The position numbers were made by a program, and so were the translations under genes. A stretch of DNA of 63,979 nucleotides, the filler included, from Olpidium bornovanus S191 (Eukaryota; Fungi; Olpidiomycota), in assembly GCA_017911155.1 (NCBI GenBank). It is 30 parts of 30 records of this genome, joined end to end, with 100 filler letters (N's around TTAATTAATTAA, not from the genome) between each part and the next. Parts side by side here need not be neighbours in the genome. Positions count along the whole stretch, not along the records: positions 49,849 to 51,332 come from JAEFCI010011384.1; positions 51,433 to 53,283 come from JAEFCI010004900.1; positions 53,384 to 55,011 come from JAEFCI010006858.1; positions 55,112 to 56,191 come from JAEFCI010012416.1; positions 56,292 to 58,832 come from JAEFCI010000746.1; positions 58,933 to 61,178 come from JAEFCI010002223.1; positions 61,279 to 63,979 come from JAEFCI010010237.1; 23 more parts are not named here. One strand, 5' to 3'. Below the pieces are notes generated by a model. The model searched no databases. It was not told where the DNA came from and was given only the letters and a program-made list of their open reading frames with translations. The number at the start of each line of letters is the position of its first letter. Position 1 is the stretch's first letter. Positions 49,850 through 62,779 of this stretch are shown here, piece by piece.

Positions 49850-50788
49850 TTCGGCTTGACTGGCATGGCTGCGGCCACGATTGTTCCTGCCAGGAGCGGA
49901 ACGGCCAAAGCAGTAGCAGTCAGTGCTGTTACCCGCTCTGGCTCCGGGGCGAATAGCATTCCCCTGGGGTCGCGGAAAAGAGAAGCGGAAACCCCGCGAG
50001 CAGATGCGGAAACACTGCAACCGGCAGTCAGTCAAAGATCCCCGGGGCCAGCATCAGCTGGACCCATGGTGAAGGACACGCAAAATTGGAAGTTGAACCC
50101 GAGGTGGTTTAGAGAGCTAGACAAGCTCTGGGGACCACACACGGTCGACCTTTTCTCCGGACCGCACAGTGAGCAGGTCCACCGGCGTTACAGTATAACA
50201 CCGGGCAATATGGAGGCATTGGGGCAAAATGCCTTTCATCATTCATGGCACAAAGAGAATGCCTGGGCCAATCCGCCCTTCGAAGACCAAGTTTTCTGGA
50301 GACTTTTAGATAAAGTCCTATTGGAGCAGGTCACCATGACAGTCGTGGTACCGCTCTAGAAGGAAGCTACGTGGTATAGCCACTTCCTCTGGCTCTCCTG
50401 TGACTATCCGTGGTTACTGCCGCATTCACGTGACCTAATTCTACCGGGTCCGTACAACGACACAGGTGTCGGTTGTCCACCATGGGCAGAGACCATGGCC
50501 ATCCGCATTTCCAGAGATGGTGCTGTTCGGGCACAGTTTGCCGAGCGCCTTTCGAAGGAAAGCTTTTTACCGACGGTGCGAACAGCAGTTCATTATCTGG
50601 ATGATACCAAACTTCCCTTCTTCTATATCGCTAGGGAGAAAGCTGTCAAATTTGACGTGCGTGCGCATCTTGCGAGATGCGGCAATCCGGTGGAAATGTC
50701 TGCCGTACAAGTCCCGGACCTTGCGCCAGGCGCAGTCGAGGAGGACTATGAGGTGCTCACGATAGGCCAACCTAGACGGAAAAATTAG
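49850..50788 (+). pseudogene. DIRS-type Dam-like DNA N6-adenine methyltransferase ORF with one in-frame TAG
   Basis: DTQNWKLNPRWFRELDKLWGPHTVDLFS..NAFHHSWHKENAWANPPF..LLDKV..TVVVPL*KEATWY..PWLLP..MAIRIS. TAG at 50357-50359 replaces the conserved Trp, and the frame continues into ORF 50495-50788. Confidence 0.85.
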
Positions 50789-51056
50789 GAAGAAGAAGTC
50801 GCCAATGCCTGCAGCCCAGCGCAAGCAGCGCTTTTGCGCCAGGCGGCGTTTTTCCGCCGGCGCCGGGCGGCGATTTTTCGCCGGGCGGCGTTTTGCGCCG
50901 GAAAGAGGAAAAAAAAAAAAAAAAAGGGGGGGACGACGCCACACGGACGCTCCCCCAGAAAACCGCCTCGGCGGGCCACGCGGGCCGAGACCTCCTTCCT
51001 CCGAGACCCCTTTCCTCCGAGACCTCCGGGACCTCCTTCCGAAGAAGGTGCCGCGT

Positions 51057-51270
51057 GACCATGGACGCCGCGGACAAGGGGCCGCGACGGCGGCCGCCTG
51101 ACCATGCAGGCGGCCAAGGGGGCTGCACCGGCGGCCAAGGGGCCGCGACGGCGGCCGCGTGACCATGAAGGCGGCCAAGGTGGCCGCGCCAGCAGACAAG
51201 GGCCCGCGACAGCGGCCGCTTGACCATGGAGGCGGCCAAGGGGGCCGCACCGGCAGTCGCGTGAGCCATG
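51057..51270 (+). repeat. GC-rich tandem repeat, period ~61 bp, 3-4 copies
   Basis: GACCATG anchors at 51057, 51100, 51161 and 51222, with shared GGCGGCCAAGGGG and GCCGCGACGGCGGCCGC blocks. Confidence 0.8.
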
Positions 51271-51432
51271 GTTGACGATGACCGCGTGAACACCACGCGT
51301 CAACCGTCAACCGTCAACCATGGGCAAAGCACNNNNNNNNNNNNNNNNNNNNNNNNNNNNNNNNNNNNNNNNNNNNTTAATTAATTAANNNNNNNNNNNN
51401 NNNNNNNNNNNNNNNNNNNNNNNNNNNNNNNN

Positions 51433-51469
<37 letters not shown>

Positions 51470-51620
51470 GCGTGGCGTTTTTCCGGCCGCCAGGCCAGAG
51501 GACCCGGGCCCGCGCTCCCGCACACACCTTTTCCTCTCCTTCCCCGAAAACCGACGCACGACACAGTCCCGGGAGAAGTCCCTGTGGAGGAAGTGGTGGC
51601 AAAAAAAAAAAAAAAAAAAA

Positions 51621-52208
51621 ATGCCGCCGACGGAGCGAGACAGACCTGCCGACCGGGCGCCGGGCCAACCCGCCGGCCGTGAATGTTGGCTGACCGGCGG
51701 CAGCGACGGCGGCGGCGACGGCGCACCTGCCGGGAGCGGCGACGACCCGTTCGCGGCGCTCTTTGGCGGGGAGGGGCGCAAGAAGCAGAAGGTGGAGCGC
51801 CCGGACCCGGACAAGGTCTGTCCTCCTCTGCAAGGCCCCGGGGACGGTTTTCGTCTCCCGGCGGACGACTGACTTTTTCAATGGCCCGCCGTTCGTCAAA
51901 ACCACCCCAGCGGCTTATCAGCGACAGGGAGCTCAACGAGCACTTCAAGGTTGGCCTGGAGGCGCACGAGTACCCAACCGAGGGTGCGTGTGGCTGTGTG
52001 CGGCGCGCGTCACTCCGCCCGACCGACGACGAGACCGCCGAGTGCACCTAGCGTACCACTTTTGCGGCCGCGCAAGGGCACACGGTGGGCACGAGTGCTG
52101 ACGGCCCGCGCGGCGTCCGGTTTTTTTTTTTTTTTTTTTTTTTTTTTTCCCCCCCCCCCCCCAAAAAAAAGGGGGGGGGGGGGGGGGGTGGCGGCCCCCG
52201 GGGGGTCC

Positions 52209-52242
<34 letters not shown>

Positions 52243-53283
52243 CCGCACTCCTAGAAAAGCGCGGGTACGAGTTCGGTGATGCCGGGTCGAACTGGCGAAT
52301 GATGAAGCTGAAGCGCGTATTGGAGACTGCCAAAGAAGAAGGGCGAAACCCCGAGGACGTGTGGTTGGAACGCTACGGCGTATGTGGATTCATTGGCGGT
52401 CTCTGCGCTTGTTGCCGTTTCCGTTCTAAGAGGTCTCTTTGCTTTTCGCGATTCCCCAATGAGCCGACTAACTCCCGCTCCTTGCCCGCGGCGTGCAGTC
52501 TTCGACGAATTGGGAAGACGTTCTTGCGGAAAGGGAGGAGTTAGACAGGCGGTCGGGCAGAAAGCGAAGGACACATAGCAACAGCGGCTCTGCTGGTAGA
52601 GCGGACCGTGTCGCCGGCGGTCACGGATACTCGGGTGGAAGCAATAAAGAGGTTGCTTACCGCCCAAGCGACGCGGGCGGGAGCAGCGGCGGGCGCGCGG
52701 ACAACTATGACCGGAGTTTGAAGCAATCAAAAGACTTGCCGCAAGCGCCTCGGGCGTGTTCATCGGCTGCGCCGGCTGCCGCCTCCGAGTCGACCTCGCC
52801 CTTGACGAAGGACCAACTTAACAAGCTCAATGCCAAGGTTCTGCGAGCGCGCATGCTGGGATCACCGAACTTGGCGGAACTGGAGCGGCAGTTCGAGGCT
52901 GAGAAGAAGAGGGCGGAAGAAGCAGCGACGGCTCCAGGTAGCAGCGAGTTGCGGCAGGGGAAGAACGCGCCGCAAAAGGCGAAGGAGACCACGGTCGTGC
53001 TGCCGCGTGTGGACAGCACCGGAAAGCTCAGCTCGCTGATGGCGACGAAAGAGGCGCGACGGGCGAAGGCGGTAGGCGGAGCGTCTTTATTACTGCCTCC
53101 TCCGGCCAACGCCCCCTTCAAATTTCCCGCCGATGTCGGTGCCGCAACTCATCGGGTGCCTCGTCGACGCAGAGCTCAACGCACGACAAATCCGGCCACA
53201 GGTTAAGCTACGGACACGCGGGCGAAAAAGTCTCCCTGGAGGAGCTGGTTCGTCAGGAACGCGGCGGCCGCAGGGAGAACATG
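51621..53283 (+). CDS. CWF19L2/Cwf19 spliceosome disassembly factor, N-terminal part, 3'-truncated
   Basis: DRELNEHF; YEFGDAGSNWRMMKLKRVLETAKEEGR..EDVWLERYG; EREELDRR; LNKLNAKVLRARMLG...AELE. Confidence 0.85.
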
Positions 53284-53383
53284 NNNNNNNNNNNNNNNNN
53301 NNNNNNNNNNNNNNNNNNNNNNNNNNNTTAATTAATTAANNNNNNNNNNNNNNNNNNNNNNNNNNNNNNNNNNNNNNNNNNNN

Positions 53384-54305
53384 CATGACCAAGCTCGTAG
53401 GCTGAGCGCGCCAACGTCGGCCGGCTTTCCACCGGGGCTTCTCTTTCAAAAACGGCGCTGGCCGACTCGGCGCCTCCGGCGCCCGAATTTATAGGTTCCG
53501 GACAGTGTACGTACGCTCCCTCCAAGGGAGGGTGAGCGCTTCCTTTGCCGTCGCTTTTTGTCAGAGCGATGACGCCAGATCCGTTTGAAAAGGCGATCTT
53601 GGGCTTTCGCCGACCATCGACGCAGCGCGCGAGAGCGACGCCTTCTTCGGACACAGAGCAACCAGCCCGTTTCAACGGCGTGGGGCGGACACGGAGGTGT
53701 CCCGCCCCATGTGCTGTGGATTCAGGAGTGCTTTCGCCTCGCTTCCTGCGCTTTATGATGTTCCGTTTCATCGCCACCGGGCGGTGGACGTTGTGGAGTT
53801 TGTAGTAGAGGCCGCACGCGTTGCATATAGCGTTCCCTTCCTCGTCGCGGCGCCACAGTGGCGTCGTCTTCGTGCGGCAGTTGGCGCATGTGACCTCCGC
53901 GCCCGACGCAACACCGGGCTTGCGGCGGCCGTCGATCCCTCGAGCGCGCTTCCCTCTTGACGAGGAAGGGGCAGCTCCACTGGCAAACGCCAGTTTCGGG
54001 TCGCGCAAAGCCGCGGGCGCGAACTCCCCTACCGCGAGAGTCAACCCGCCGGCCAACAGGGTTTCGTGCGGCCCGTCGACGCCCGCGAACCAGTCCGATT
54101 CTTCTTTGGAGGACTCGCGGACGCCCACGTCGCCTTTGTCCGCGTACTGCCTCTTCGCCGAGAGCAGGACGCGTTGAGTGGCGCTCGGTGTTGCGGTCTT
54201 TGGCGATGCTCGGTCCCGCGCGAAAGCGCGGGACTGCGCTTCGTCGGCACCCTCATCCGCCTCACCGGCGGCGGCCGCTGGCATAGACGGCTGCCATTCT
54301 CCCAT
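53384..54305 (-). CDS. GATA zinc-finger transcription factor fragment
   Basis: [52 protein letters not shown] (C-X2-C-X17-C-X2-C). Confidence 0.93.
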
Positions 54306-54901
54306 CTTTTTCCCTCAGCCGTCCAGAACCTCGGCAAGCGGACGGACGGCGCTCCTGATGCTGACGGACCCCTGCCCGCGGCAGTGTAGCGACGGGAGTT
54401 CCGGTCGGCCGCGTCAGTCCACCGCCGTTCCTCCTCCTTCCACTCCGTTCCTCTTTTCCCCCCGGCCGGCACCAAGGGCGCTTTGTGTGACAAGACCGGC
54501 AGTCCGATAGGAAGCCTGCGAGTTTTCCCGGGTGGCGTACGGGAGAGCGGCAGCCGGGAGCCCAAGAGGCACGACGAACCCCTCCGGTGTTTGGGACGCG
54601 CCTGCGTCCTAGGGCGGATCCGGTTGAAGCGTAAGCGGACCAGTAGCCGGGCAGCGCAGGGCAGCGCAGGGCAGGGCAGGGCAGCGCAGGGCGGGCAGAG
54701 CAGGACTCCTGCTTGGGCGGGGCAGGGCGTAGGCAGCGGTTGCTCAGGGTGCTGCCACGTCTCTTCCTTGCGCGGCGACTTTTTTTTTTTTTTTTTTCGT
54801 TCCTTTACTGTTACCTTTTTCCTGGGAAAAAAAGGGCGGAAGAAAGGAATCGGCCGGAGGGAAAATGGGACGAGGATTTTTTTGCGGATCCTCCCTTTTT
54901 T

Positions 54902-54944
<43 letters not shown>

Positions 54945-54949
54945 CGCGG

Positions 54950-54995
<46 letters not shown>

Positions 54996-56291
54996 CGGCG
55001 CGCGGGGGGGGNNNNNNNNNNNNNNNNNNNNNNNNNNNNNNNNNNNNNNNNNNNNTTAATTAATTAANNNNNNNNNNNNNNNNNNNNNNNNNNNNNNNNN
55101 NNNNNNNNNNNAAACACTTTAACCTGCGCGCGCCGCACGGTGAGTGGGCAGGGGGAGGGGAGGGGAAGAGGGGGAAGTGGCGGAAATAGGACAGGGGGGC
55201 GTCGCGCGCGGATTTCCGCAATTTCGCCATGCGCAAACCCTTGCGATCAACGAGTGAGCCCCAGCGACCAAAGGGTAAACCACTGCGACGAACGAGTGAA
55301 TCCGTACGCTAACTGTTTTCCCTGAGGCAGGGCTTTGTATGAAAAGGATGGAATCCTGCGTTATTAAAACAAAGTCGGCGTATCGCAGGAGGGCGTTTCC
55401 GTCCACCACACACCCAAAACCTCGTGTTTTCAGCGGGCGAGAGCTTGTGCCACCATTAATGCTGCAACTGCGGTAAGAGAGGACATATCTTGGCCGAGGG
55501 TCGTGGGTAACGACAGAAGAAAATGTCATGAAGCAATTGAAGACTTTTTTTTTCATTTTTTAAGTAAACATCCGGGATCCTTTTCTCGCTTTCTGGCTAT
55601 CTATTTGACCACGCTGGCTTCTTCCACGCAAGCGTCGAGTAGCCAAAAAAATTGCGCTTTTCAGCAGTGTGAACGACTTTTTTGGGGTGACAAGTGCCGT
55701 TTTTATAAGTTGGCCGCTCTATAGGTGGTCTTCATTGGGAGGAATCTAAAAGTTCCGCTTCGGGAAAAGCGAGCGCGGTCGGCGTTGATAGAGAATACAA
55801 AAAAAATAATAACGAAAGAGCAGGCTCTACATGTCTGAGGCAAGTGCCCCCGGCCTTGACGAAATACGAATGCAATTTGACTTTGTCTGTCACTTTAGGC
55901 CCAATCAAATTGAGGTAACCCCAATCTACTAAAGGCGTATCGTTACCCAACTACATGTATTTACTTCTTCGTCTTGGAAAAACTGAATTTTCGTTTTGGC
56001 ATGGGCAGAGGGCGTCAGTATTGCAAACAAACCAAAGAGAGAAGGGGCAAAAGAAGATTCTGCGGAAGTGCGGACTTACTTTTTTTTTACCGCGCGGGAT
56101 GAGCGGACTGGGAATCTTGATCTTGGAGGCAACCCAACGCCCATATACGCCGAGGCCGCCCGCAGCCCTCCTCGGCACCCTGCGCAGCGCANNNNNNNNN
56201 NNNNNNNNNNNNNNNNNNNNNNNNNNNNNNNNNNNTTAATTAATTAANNNNNNNNNNNNNNNNNNNNNNNNNNNNNNNNNNNNNNNNNNNN

Positions 56292-57123
56292 CATGAGGGC
56301 CTCAATAGCCGTCACGCCGACATCTCTAAATGACGGAGTATTACTAGACTTCAGTATTTCCGCAGATACTGGATGGCGAAACGGGCCGACGGGAAACAGT
56401 TTGCTGTACAAAATTACGCGCCGTAACCAAGCCTTTTAAAACCCACCACCCCGATAACCCAACCCTTACTTCACGGTGCAGCACAAACAGCCGTTGCGCA
56501 GTTCGAGCCACTCTTCGAAGAGGTCGCCGTCCTGGCTGACCGAGAGCGACTTTTCGATTTCACCGCCTGCGGAACACGTTTTTGGGCCAAAGTCAGATAA
56601 GCAAGTCCGGCACCGGTTGTCGACGCTGCTCTGTGGTTCACCATGCGTGCAGTGCGCCGGTGGACGGTTCAGTTACGGTTACAATTTCCCTGCCGTCCGC
56701 CGCCCCCCGCCTTCCCCAACCTCTCCTCGCGCGCCCGCAAGACTTGGCAGAGAACACACTTTCGCCAAACTCGTTCAGTATCACGGCGATCCTCTTCCCG
56801 TGGGGCTCCGAAAGTATGTAATTCATGAAAGTCGTCTTGCCGCTCCCCAGAAACCCGGTGACGATCGTGACGGGACACTTTGTGTCTCGAGAAGCGTCGT
56901 CGTCGCCGCCGTAGGCAACCCGGTCCGGCTGCCGTCCGCCTCCGCGCCCGGATGCGCCTGACTGCCGGTGAACTTTCGGGGCACCCGCGTTTTCCCATCG
57001 CGCGGCGGCGTCCTCCGTCGTTCCGACTTGAGGGTCCAGAAGTTCGGGACACGGTTCGTCGTCGTCGTCGCCGGAGTCAACGTCGTGGTCGCCGCCGCGG
57101 TCCGGCGTGCAAATCTCGCTCAT
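56292..57123 (-). CDS. ZNG1: ZNG1/CBWD (COG0523) zinc-chaperone GTPase, N-terminal part, 3'-truncated
   Basis: [11 protein letters not shown]; [15 protein letters not shown]; [15 protein letters not shown]; [16 protein letters not shown] (CxCC); [11 protein letters not shown]. Confidence 0.95.
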
Positions 57124-57732
57124 TCTCTGACCCAGCAGCGGTACGCGCGGCTTTTCTCGGGCTCGGCAGGCACCGCCACGCGCTATCGGCTCGGCTTTCG
57201 AACGCAGCGGGGGCAAGAGTTGCGCGGGTGGATTGGCCCGAGGGGTTTCTGCCCTTCCCTCGCTCTCTCTCTCCTTCCTCTCTGCGCGGCGGTTTTGCGG
57301 CGCGCTCGTTCTCCTTCCCCACCCGCGCCGAACTCGAACCAGCGGAAAGAGGAAAAAGAAACCATTTCCGTACGAGCGAAAACTAACCGAATTGAGTTAA
57401 TAATAACAATATAACACCAATACACAGCCAAAACCCCCAGATATCTCGTTGATATACTGGTAGTCACCAACGTGACATCACCGGAAGATATCACACGACA
57501 ACCAACGTGAGCTCCTCCTGCAAAATAAATCGTTTCCTCACTCCACTTACATCAATTCGAAGGTGCTTCACTGATGTGGACGGAGGGGTGGACTCGATTT
57601 CGACCGGCCGCCACGCAGGCACAAGAGATGCGGCTGCGCTTGTTCTCGGGCGGTTTGGCCTTGTGGCAGAAAGGCCGAACATTTCATCGAGAGCTCGATG
57701 TGGCCTTGGGGTTGTGTCGGGAAAGGGGTACC

Positions 57733-58720
57733 TGTTAAAGGTGTTGTTTATTTTGTGTGTGCGGTTGTTGACAGGCGAAGAGCGGTACTACAAATGGTGG
57801 GAAGCTATCAATGCTGTTATGGGACATAACAGCCAACACCCCCCCACGCCGCGAAGTTTCCGGCTTCACGGCATCCAACAGCCGTTCTGTTCCACCTCTT
57901 TCAGCCCCATTGCCTTAGCATGTCTCTCGTGGGCCGGCCGAGGCCGGCTCTTGGTAAAACCGTCCATATCCTGCCTGCGACCATCCACCACCGTGACTCG
58001 CCCTTGCTCGACAATGTCGCGAATGAAGTGCCGCCTGACCGCAATGTGCTTCGTTCTCTGATGGTTCACCGGCCTCCTGGCGATGGCTTGTGCGCCTTGA
58101 CTGTCGCAGGTGATCCTGATCGCTCAATGCTCCATCCCGCATAGTGCTGCAAGCAGTTCTTGCAGCCATAGAGCCTCCTTGGCCGCATCGGCAAAAGCAA
58201 TGTATTCGGCTTCAGTGCTCGACGTTGCAATGATATCGTGCCGCCAGCTTACAGCTCCTCTGGTGATCACGAAGACTGATCCGTTTGTTGATTGTTTTGT
58301 GGTCCGGCATTTGGGGTAGTCAGCATCACAATATCCTTCAGGCCACCCCCCTTGCCCATTGCCACCACGTCGACGATAATGCAGTACTCGTCTGGCCGTT
58401 GATCTCAGGTAAGAGATGACTCGTAACCCGGCCTCCCAGACCTTTTTGGTCGGGGACGTCTGGTGCCTCCCGAGATACCCTGTGGCGAAGGCAATGTCTG
58501 GCCACGTGCCCATCGCAACAAACAGCAGTCCACCCATCATTTCCTTGAACCGCGTTGTGTCAACTCTCTTCTCTTCTGTGCTGCCTTCGCATTGAGGGGT
58601 CTCCATTGGCATCCACACGGCCCTCCCTGACGTGATGCCGTACTTCGCAGCCAGTTCCTGTATGTACCTTTCTTGGTCGACGCTGGCTCCCTCTGCATCC
58701 TGTCTGATCCTCATGTCGTT
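57733..58720 (-). mobile_element. Ty1/Copia 3' end: RT C-terminus, RNase H, PPT and 106-bp 3' LTR
   Basis: DQERYI..MPME..GGLLFVAMGTWPDIAFA; GYCDADY; TSSTEAEY; RTKHIAVRRHFIRD; PPT GTGGGGGGG followed by LTR 57838 to 57733 (TGTTGG...TTAACA, with AATAAA). Confidence 0.92.
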
Positions 58721-60339
58721 TTCGTTTTTTATTTTGGTGTTTTCGTTTTGGCTACGTTGGGTGGTAGTAGTAGTAGTCTGAGAGCGATAAAAAAATTTCG
58801 GGCGCAACACCCCCCCTTGCTCGAAGGACGGANNNNNNNNNNNNNNNNNNNNNNNNNNNNNNNNNNNNNNNNNNNNTTAATTAATTAANNNNNNNNNNNN
58901 NNNNNNNNNNNNNNNNNNNNNNNNNNNNNNNNAAAAAAAAAAAAAAAAAAAAAAAAACGAGCGCGAACTAGTACAGGTGCGGGCAAAAGGAAAGGGTCCA
59001 ACGAACCTTTCTTCGGGGATCACGCGGCCTCCTCCCTTCGGAGTGAAGGGAGGCACGATCTTTCCCAATACTATGCCTCTTTTCCCTCCTGCGAAGTGGG
59101 TGCCGAAGGAGGGGGCGGTGCGGGAGCGAATGAGAGGGGGGGGGGTGCTGGGCGAAGGTGTGTACGAAAAGTGTGCGCGTAACTCGCCCCTCTAATCCAC
59201 TCCGGAATCGGAGTGGAGGGGGGCACGATCTTTCCCCACACCGGCGCCCACTTCGCAGGGGGAAGGAGGCAAAGAGAAGGGGGAGGGAGGGGGGGGGGAT
59301 GAGAGAACGGATGAGAGGAGGGGCTGGGAGAAGGTGCGTACGAAAAGCGCGCCCGTCAGTCGCCACTCTAATCTACTCCGGAGTTTACCGTGACAGGAAG
59401 GTCCGTCAGCCTGCTTCGACCTTCTCTTTTCTTGATTCTCTAGGCTGTGGCGGAAGGTTGGAGGGCCAGGTTTCGGCGTTTCGCCGGGGATAGGCGGGGT
59501 AAACCGTTGTCGCCATCACGTAACGCAGAGCGCTGGCTGGCCGTATGGGACATATTCCCCATTTTATGCCCGCCGCATATTTTAACCTAAAAGTAATGGT
59601 TAATGTATACATTTTACAGGTATAAAATACATGCAGTTGGTGTCTCTTTGCTGCCATCCTAAACGCGGAAGTAACCCACGCGCGTAACGCGGGGTCCCAA
59701 CCCGAAGCGCGAGAAGGGTGGAAGGAAACTGTATTCGTGCGTTACGTTGCCAACGCTTCCATGCCTATTTTATAGGGCGGAGATATAAGGACTTTACAAA
59801 GGGGCAACAGGGACTGGGGCTCGTAGTGCATATCCGTGACCCGGCCTCCCGCTTTTCCATTTTCCTCCTTTATTTCTGACAGCCAGCCTGCTCCAATCCC
59901 CCCCATTCTCCTGTAGGATTCGGGAAGTTTTCGGGTTTTTTTGCGGTTCTGAAGAGCCTCTATTCCTCTGCTCTTCTCTGCCCTTCACAGAGAGTGCGTT
60001 TCAGGGTAGAACGCGGGTGAAGCGTCACCTTTTCCACCTTCCTTCTTTTCTTCGTTTCTTTCTTCCATGGTCATGCGGCCGTGGGGGCGTTAGCGCGTTA
60101 TCACCCGGCTGACACTGTTCCTGACTTGCAGTCTTTGGCAATTGGCGGGAAGGGACTGGATCTGGGTTCTGGTTTGTCTTTAGCTCTGCACAATAAATTT
60201 CGCCTCAAAGTTGGGTGCATATTTAAGTCGGAATTTGCATATAAATCTGCATTCGGCCCTGCGTCATAACCTGTGCAGGAATCTGCGTCGGAATCTGCAC
60301 TGGAACCCGCCTTAATATTAGCACCATAATCGTTGAAAT

Positions 60340-60660
<321 letters not shown>

Positions 60661-60724
60661 CATCCCCCCGCCGCTCCTCTCCACCCTGCTTTTTCTTGCC
60701 CGACGGCCCTCCCGCGCTTCCGCC

Positions 60725-61068
60725 ATGTCGTTTAAAAGCGCGGAGCTTCTCCAGGCCATCAAGGCCAACATCGAAGGCGCCGTGCGTCCTTTTCTTTTTT
60801 TTTTTCCTCGTGTCGTCTCGCCCCTGAACGCGCCCGCCGCGGGAAAAAAAAACCAACCGAAAAAAAAAAAAAAAAAAAAAAAAAAGAGGCGCCCGACCCG
60901 CCGGCCCTCCGTCGCGCGACTTTCGCGCTCTGTCTTCGGCCGCTTCCGCCCGGCGCCCCCTTCGCCTTTTACCTGACGCATGACCCGCCTCCTGTTTCCG
61001 GTGCGCACGCGCCCTCCGCCTTCCCTTCTCAACAGCCGGATGCAGAGAAGAAAGCAACAATGAAGAAG
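60725..61068 (+). CDS. SCP2 sterol/lipid carrier-like protein, first two exons
   Basis: Spliced MSFKSAELLQAIKANIEGA/PDAEKKATMKK with GT-AG intron. Resembles the N-terminus of fungal SCP2/POX18 proteins, but is short. Confidence 0.5.
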
Positions 61069-61087
61069 GTGCGCGTCTCGAAACCTA

Positions 61088-61142
<55 letters not shown>

Positions 61143-61961
61143 CCCGCCCCCGCCCCCCCCCCCCCCCCCCCCCCCCCCNNNNNNNNNNNNNNNNNNNNNN
61201 NNNNNNNNNNNNNNNNNNNNNNTTAATTAATTAANNNNNNNNNNNNNNNNNNNNNNNNNNNNNNNNNNNNNNNNNNNNGATACCCTTTCTCCCTCCACGG
61301 AATCAATTCAACCAGGGGGAGGGGGAGGGGGAATTGGGAGCGTGGTCAATTTTTTTTTTCAAATTCTGTGCGTTCCACTTCCCGAACGTTCAGGGCATGT
61401 GCCCCCCCCCCCTCCCTGCGGGAACCCATCCCACTCGAAATTTCTGTGTCCCCGTCGCAGCAAGGCGGCCCACAACGGAAACTGCATGTTTTTAATGGTC
61501 GGGGTTAATGTTTTTTATTTGTTTATTTATTTATTTAGTTATTTCCCTTTGTAGTCCCGACTCCCAATCTATATCATTACTGAAGCGCAGTATGGGGTTT
61601 GTTTTCGACAAAAAACACATGGGAGTGCAGAAGCAGCAGTGCTCCCTTTGAAGAAATAGTTTGGAGCAAGCCCCAGGGGCGTTTTGCTCGTTGGAGATAC
61701 ACGGTTTGTTCCTCGGGGTTATGGCCGCACAGGTGGAGATTTTTCTCGCAGTCGCGTAAAAAAAAAAAAAAAAAAAAACGTCCGCCTCCTCAGGTGGGGC
61801 TGGTCGGCGGGACGCGACAGGTTTTTGTCACCGCAGGTGGTAGGGGTGTAAGTGGGGAGAGACGGGCCGAGGAAGGCGGAAACGCGTTCTTGTTTTTCTA
61901 TTTTTATTTTTTTTTTATTTTGGCAGCGGGAGCTTCGAAAGCGCCGCAGACAGAGGGAGCC

Positions 61962-61995
<34 letters not shown>

Positions 61996-62573
61996 GCGCT
62001 CTTCCGTTTGTTGAAGGGGGGGGGGCGAGGGGGGTGTTTCGGGTCGTCGCGGCCGCGCGTCGGAAAAAAAAAAAAAAATTGTGTTCGTTTCCACGGGGCG
62101 GCGTCGTCAGCGGGACCCCCGCGGCGGAGGAGCAAAACGAGAGAGAGAGAGAGGGAGAGAGAGAGAGAGAGAGAAACAAGTCCGGCGCGTCGAAAAAAAA
62201 AAAACGATTTCCCCGCGGGGCCAAGCGGGCGCCCCCCCCCTGCTCCCGGGCGCGCTGCTGAGCCGCAAGCAAACGGTTTTTGCCGATACGTCGTCCCCGA
62301 AAAAAAAAAAGCGCGCCGGCGGCCCCCCCCCCCCCCCCCCCTTTCTTAAATTAAAAAAAGTTTTTCTCGAACGCCCCGGCCCATATTTCAAAAACCCGTC
62401 CATAATCTCAGGGCCCGGGGGGGGGGGTGCTCCCCTTTTTTTTTTTTTTTTTTTTTTTGTTTTTTGTGAAACGGAAAGGGTGGGGCCCAGACAAAAACTG
62501 TGGACGAGCAAAGATTGGTCACGGTCTGAAACGGGATTCGGATTTGTCAAGGGCGCGATTTCCCTGGTCCTTC

Positions 62574-62609
<36 letters not shown>

Positions 62610-62779
62610 GAGTGCCAAGATCTTCTCTCGGTCCTCGGTCTTACACTGGGGGCAGTGTCAGATTTTTGTTGCCGAAAGGAACGTAGGGAAGACCGCCCCT
62701 CAAAGACCCTGCTGTGAAACACCGCGAGTTGACCGGGGCGCTCTTCAAGTCTCTGTAATGCATCGGGCGACGTTTGTTT

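Noticed and set aside
50466-50765. Tyrosine recombinase N-terminus overlapping the MT ORF (RKAFYRRCEQQFIIW)
   Set aside because: Only a vague resemblance to DIRS YR starts. The ORF is short and has no catalytic R-H-R-Y residues.
55112-56191. Short ORFs (e.g. GYLNLIGPKVTDKVKLHSYFVKAGG)
   Set aside because: No recognisable motif and no coherent exon chain.
34109-57123. Methionine aminopeptidase and ZNG1 in one window as a functional pair
   Set aside because: Different contigs, and the known ZNG1 client is METAP1, not the METAP2 seen here.
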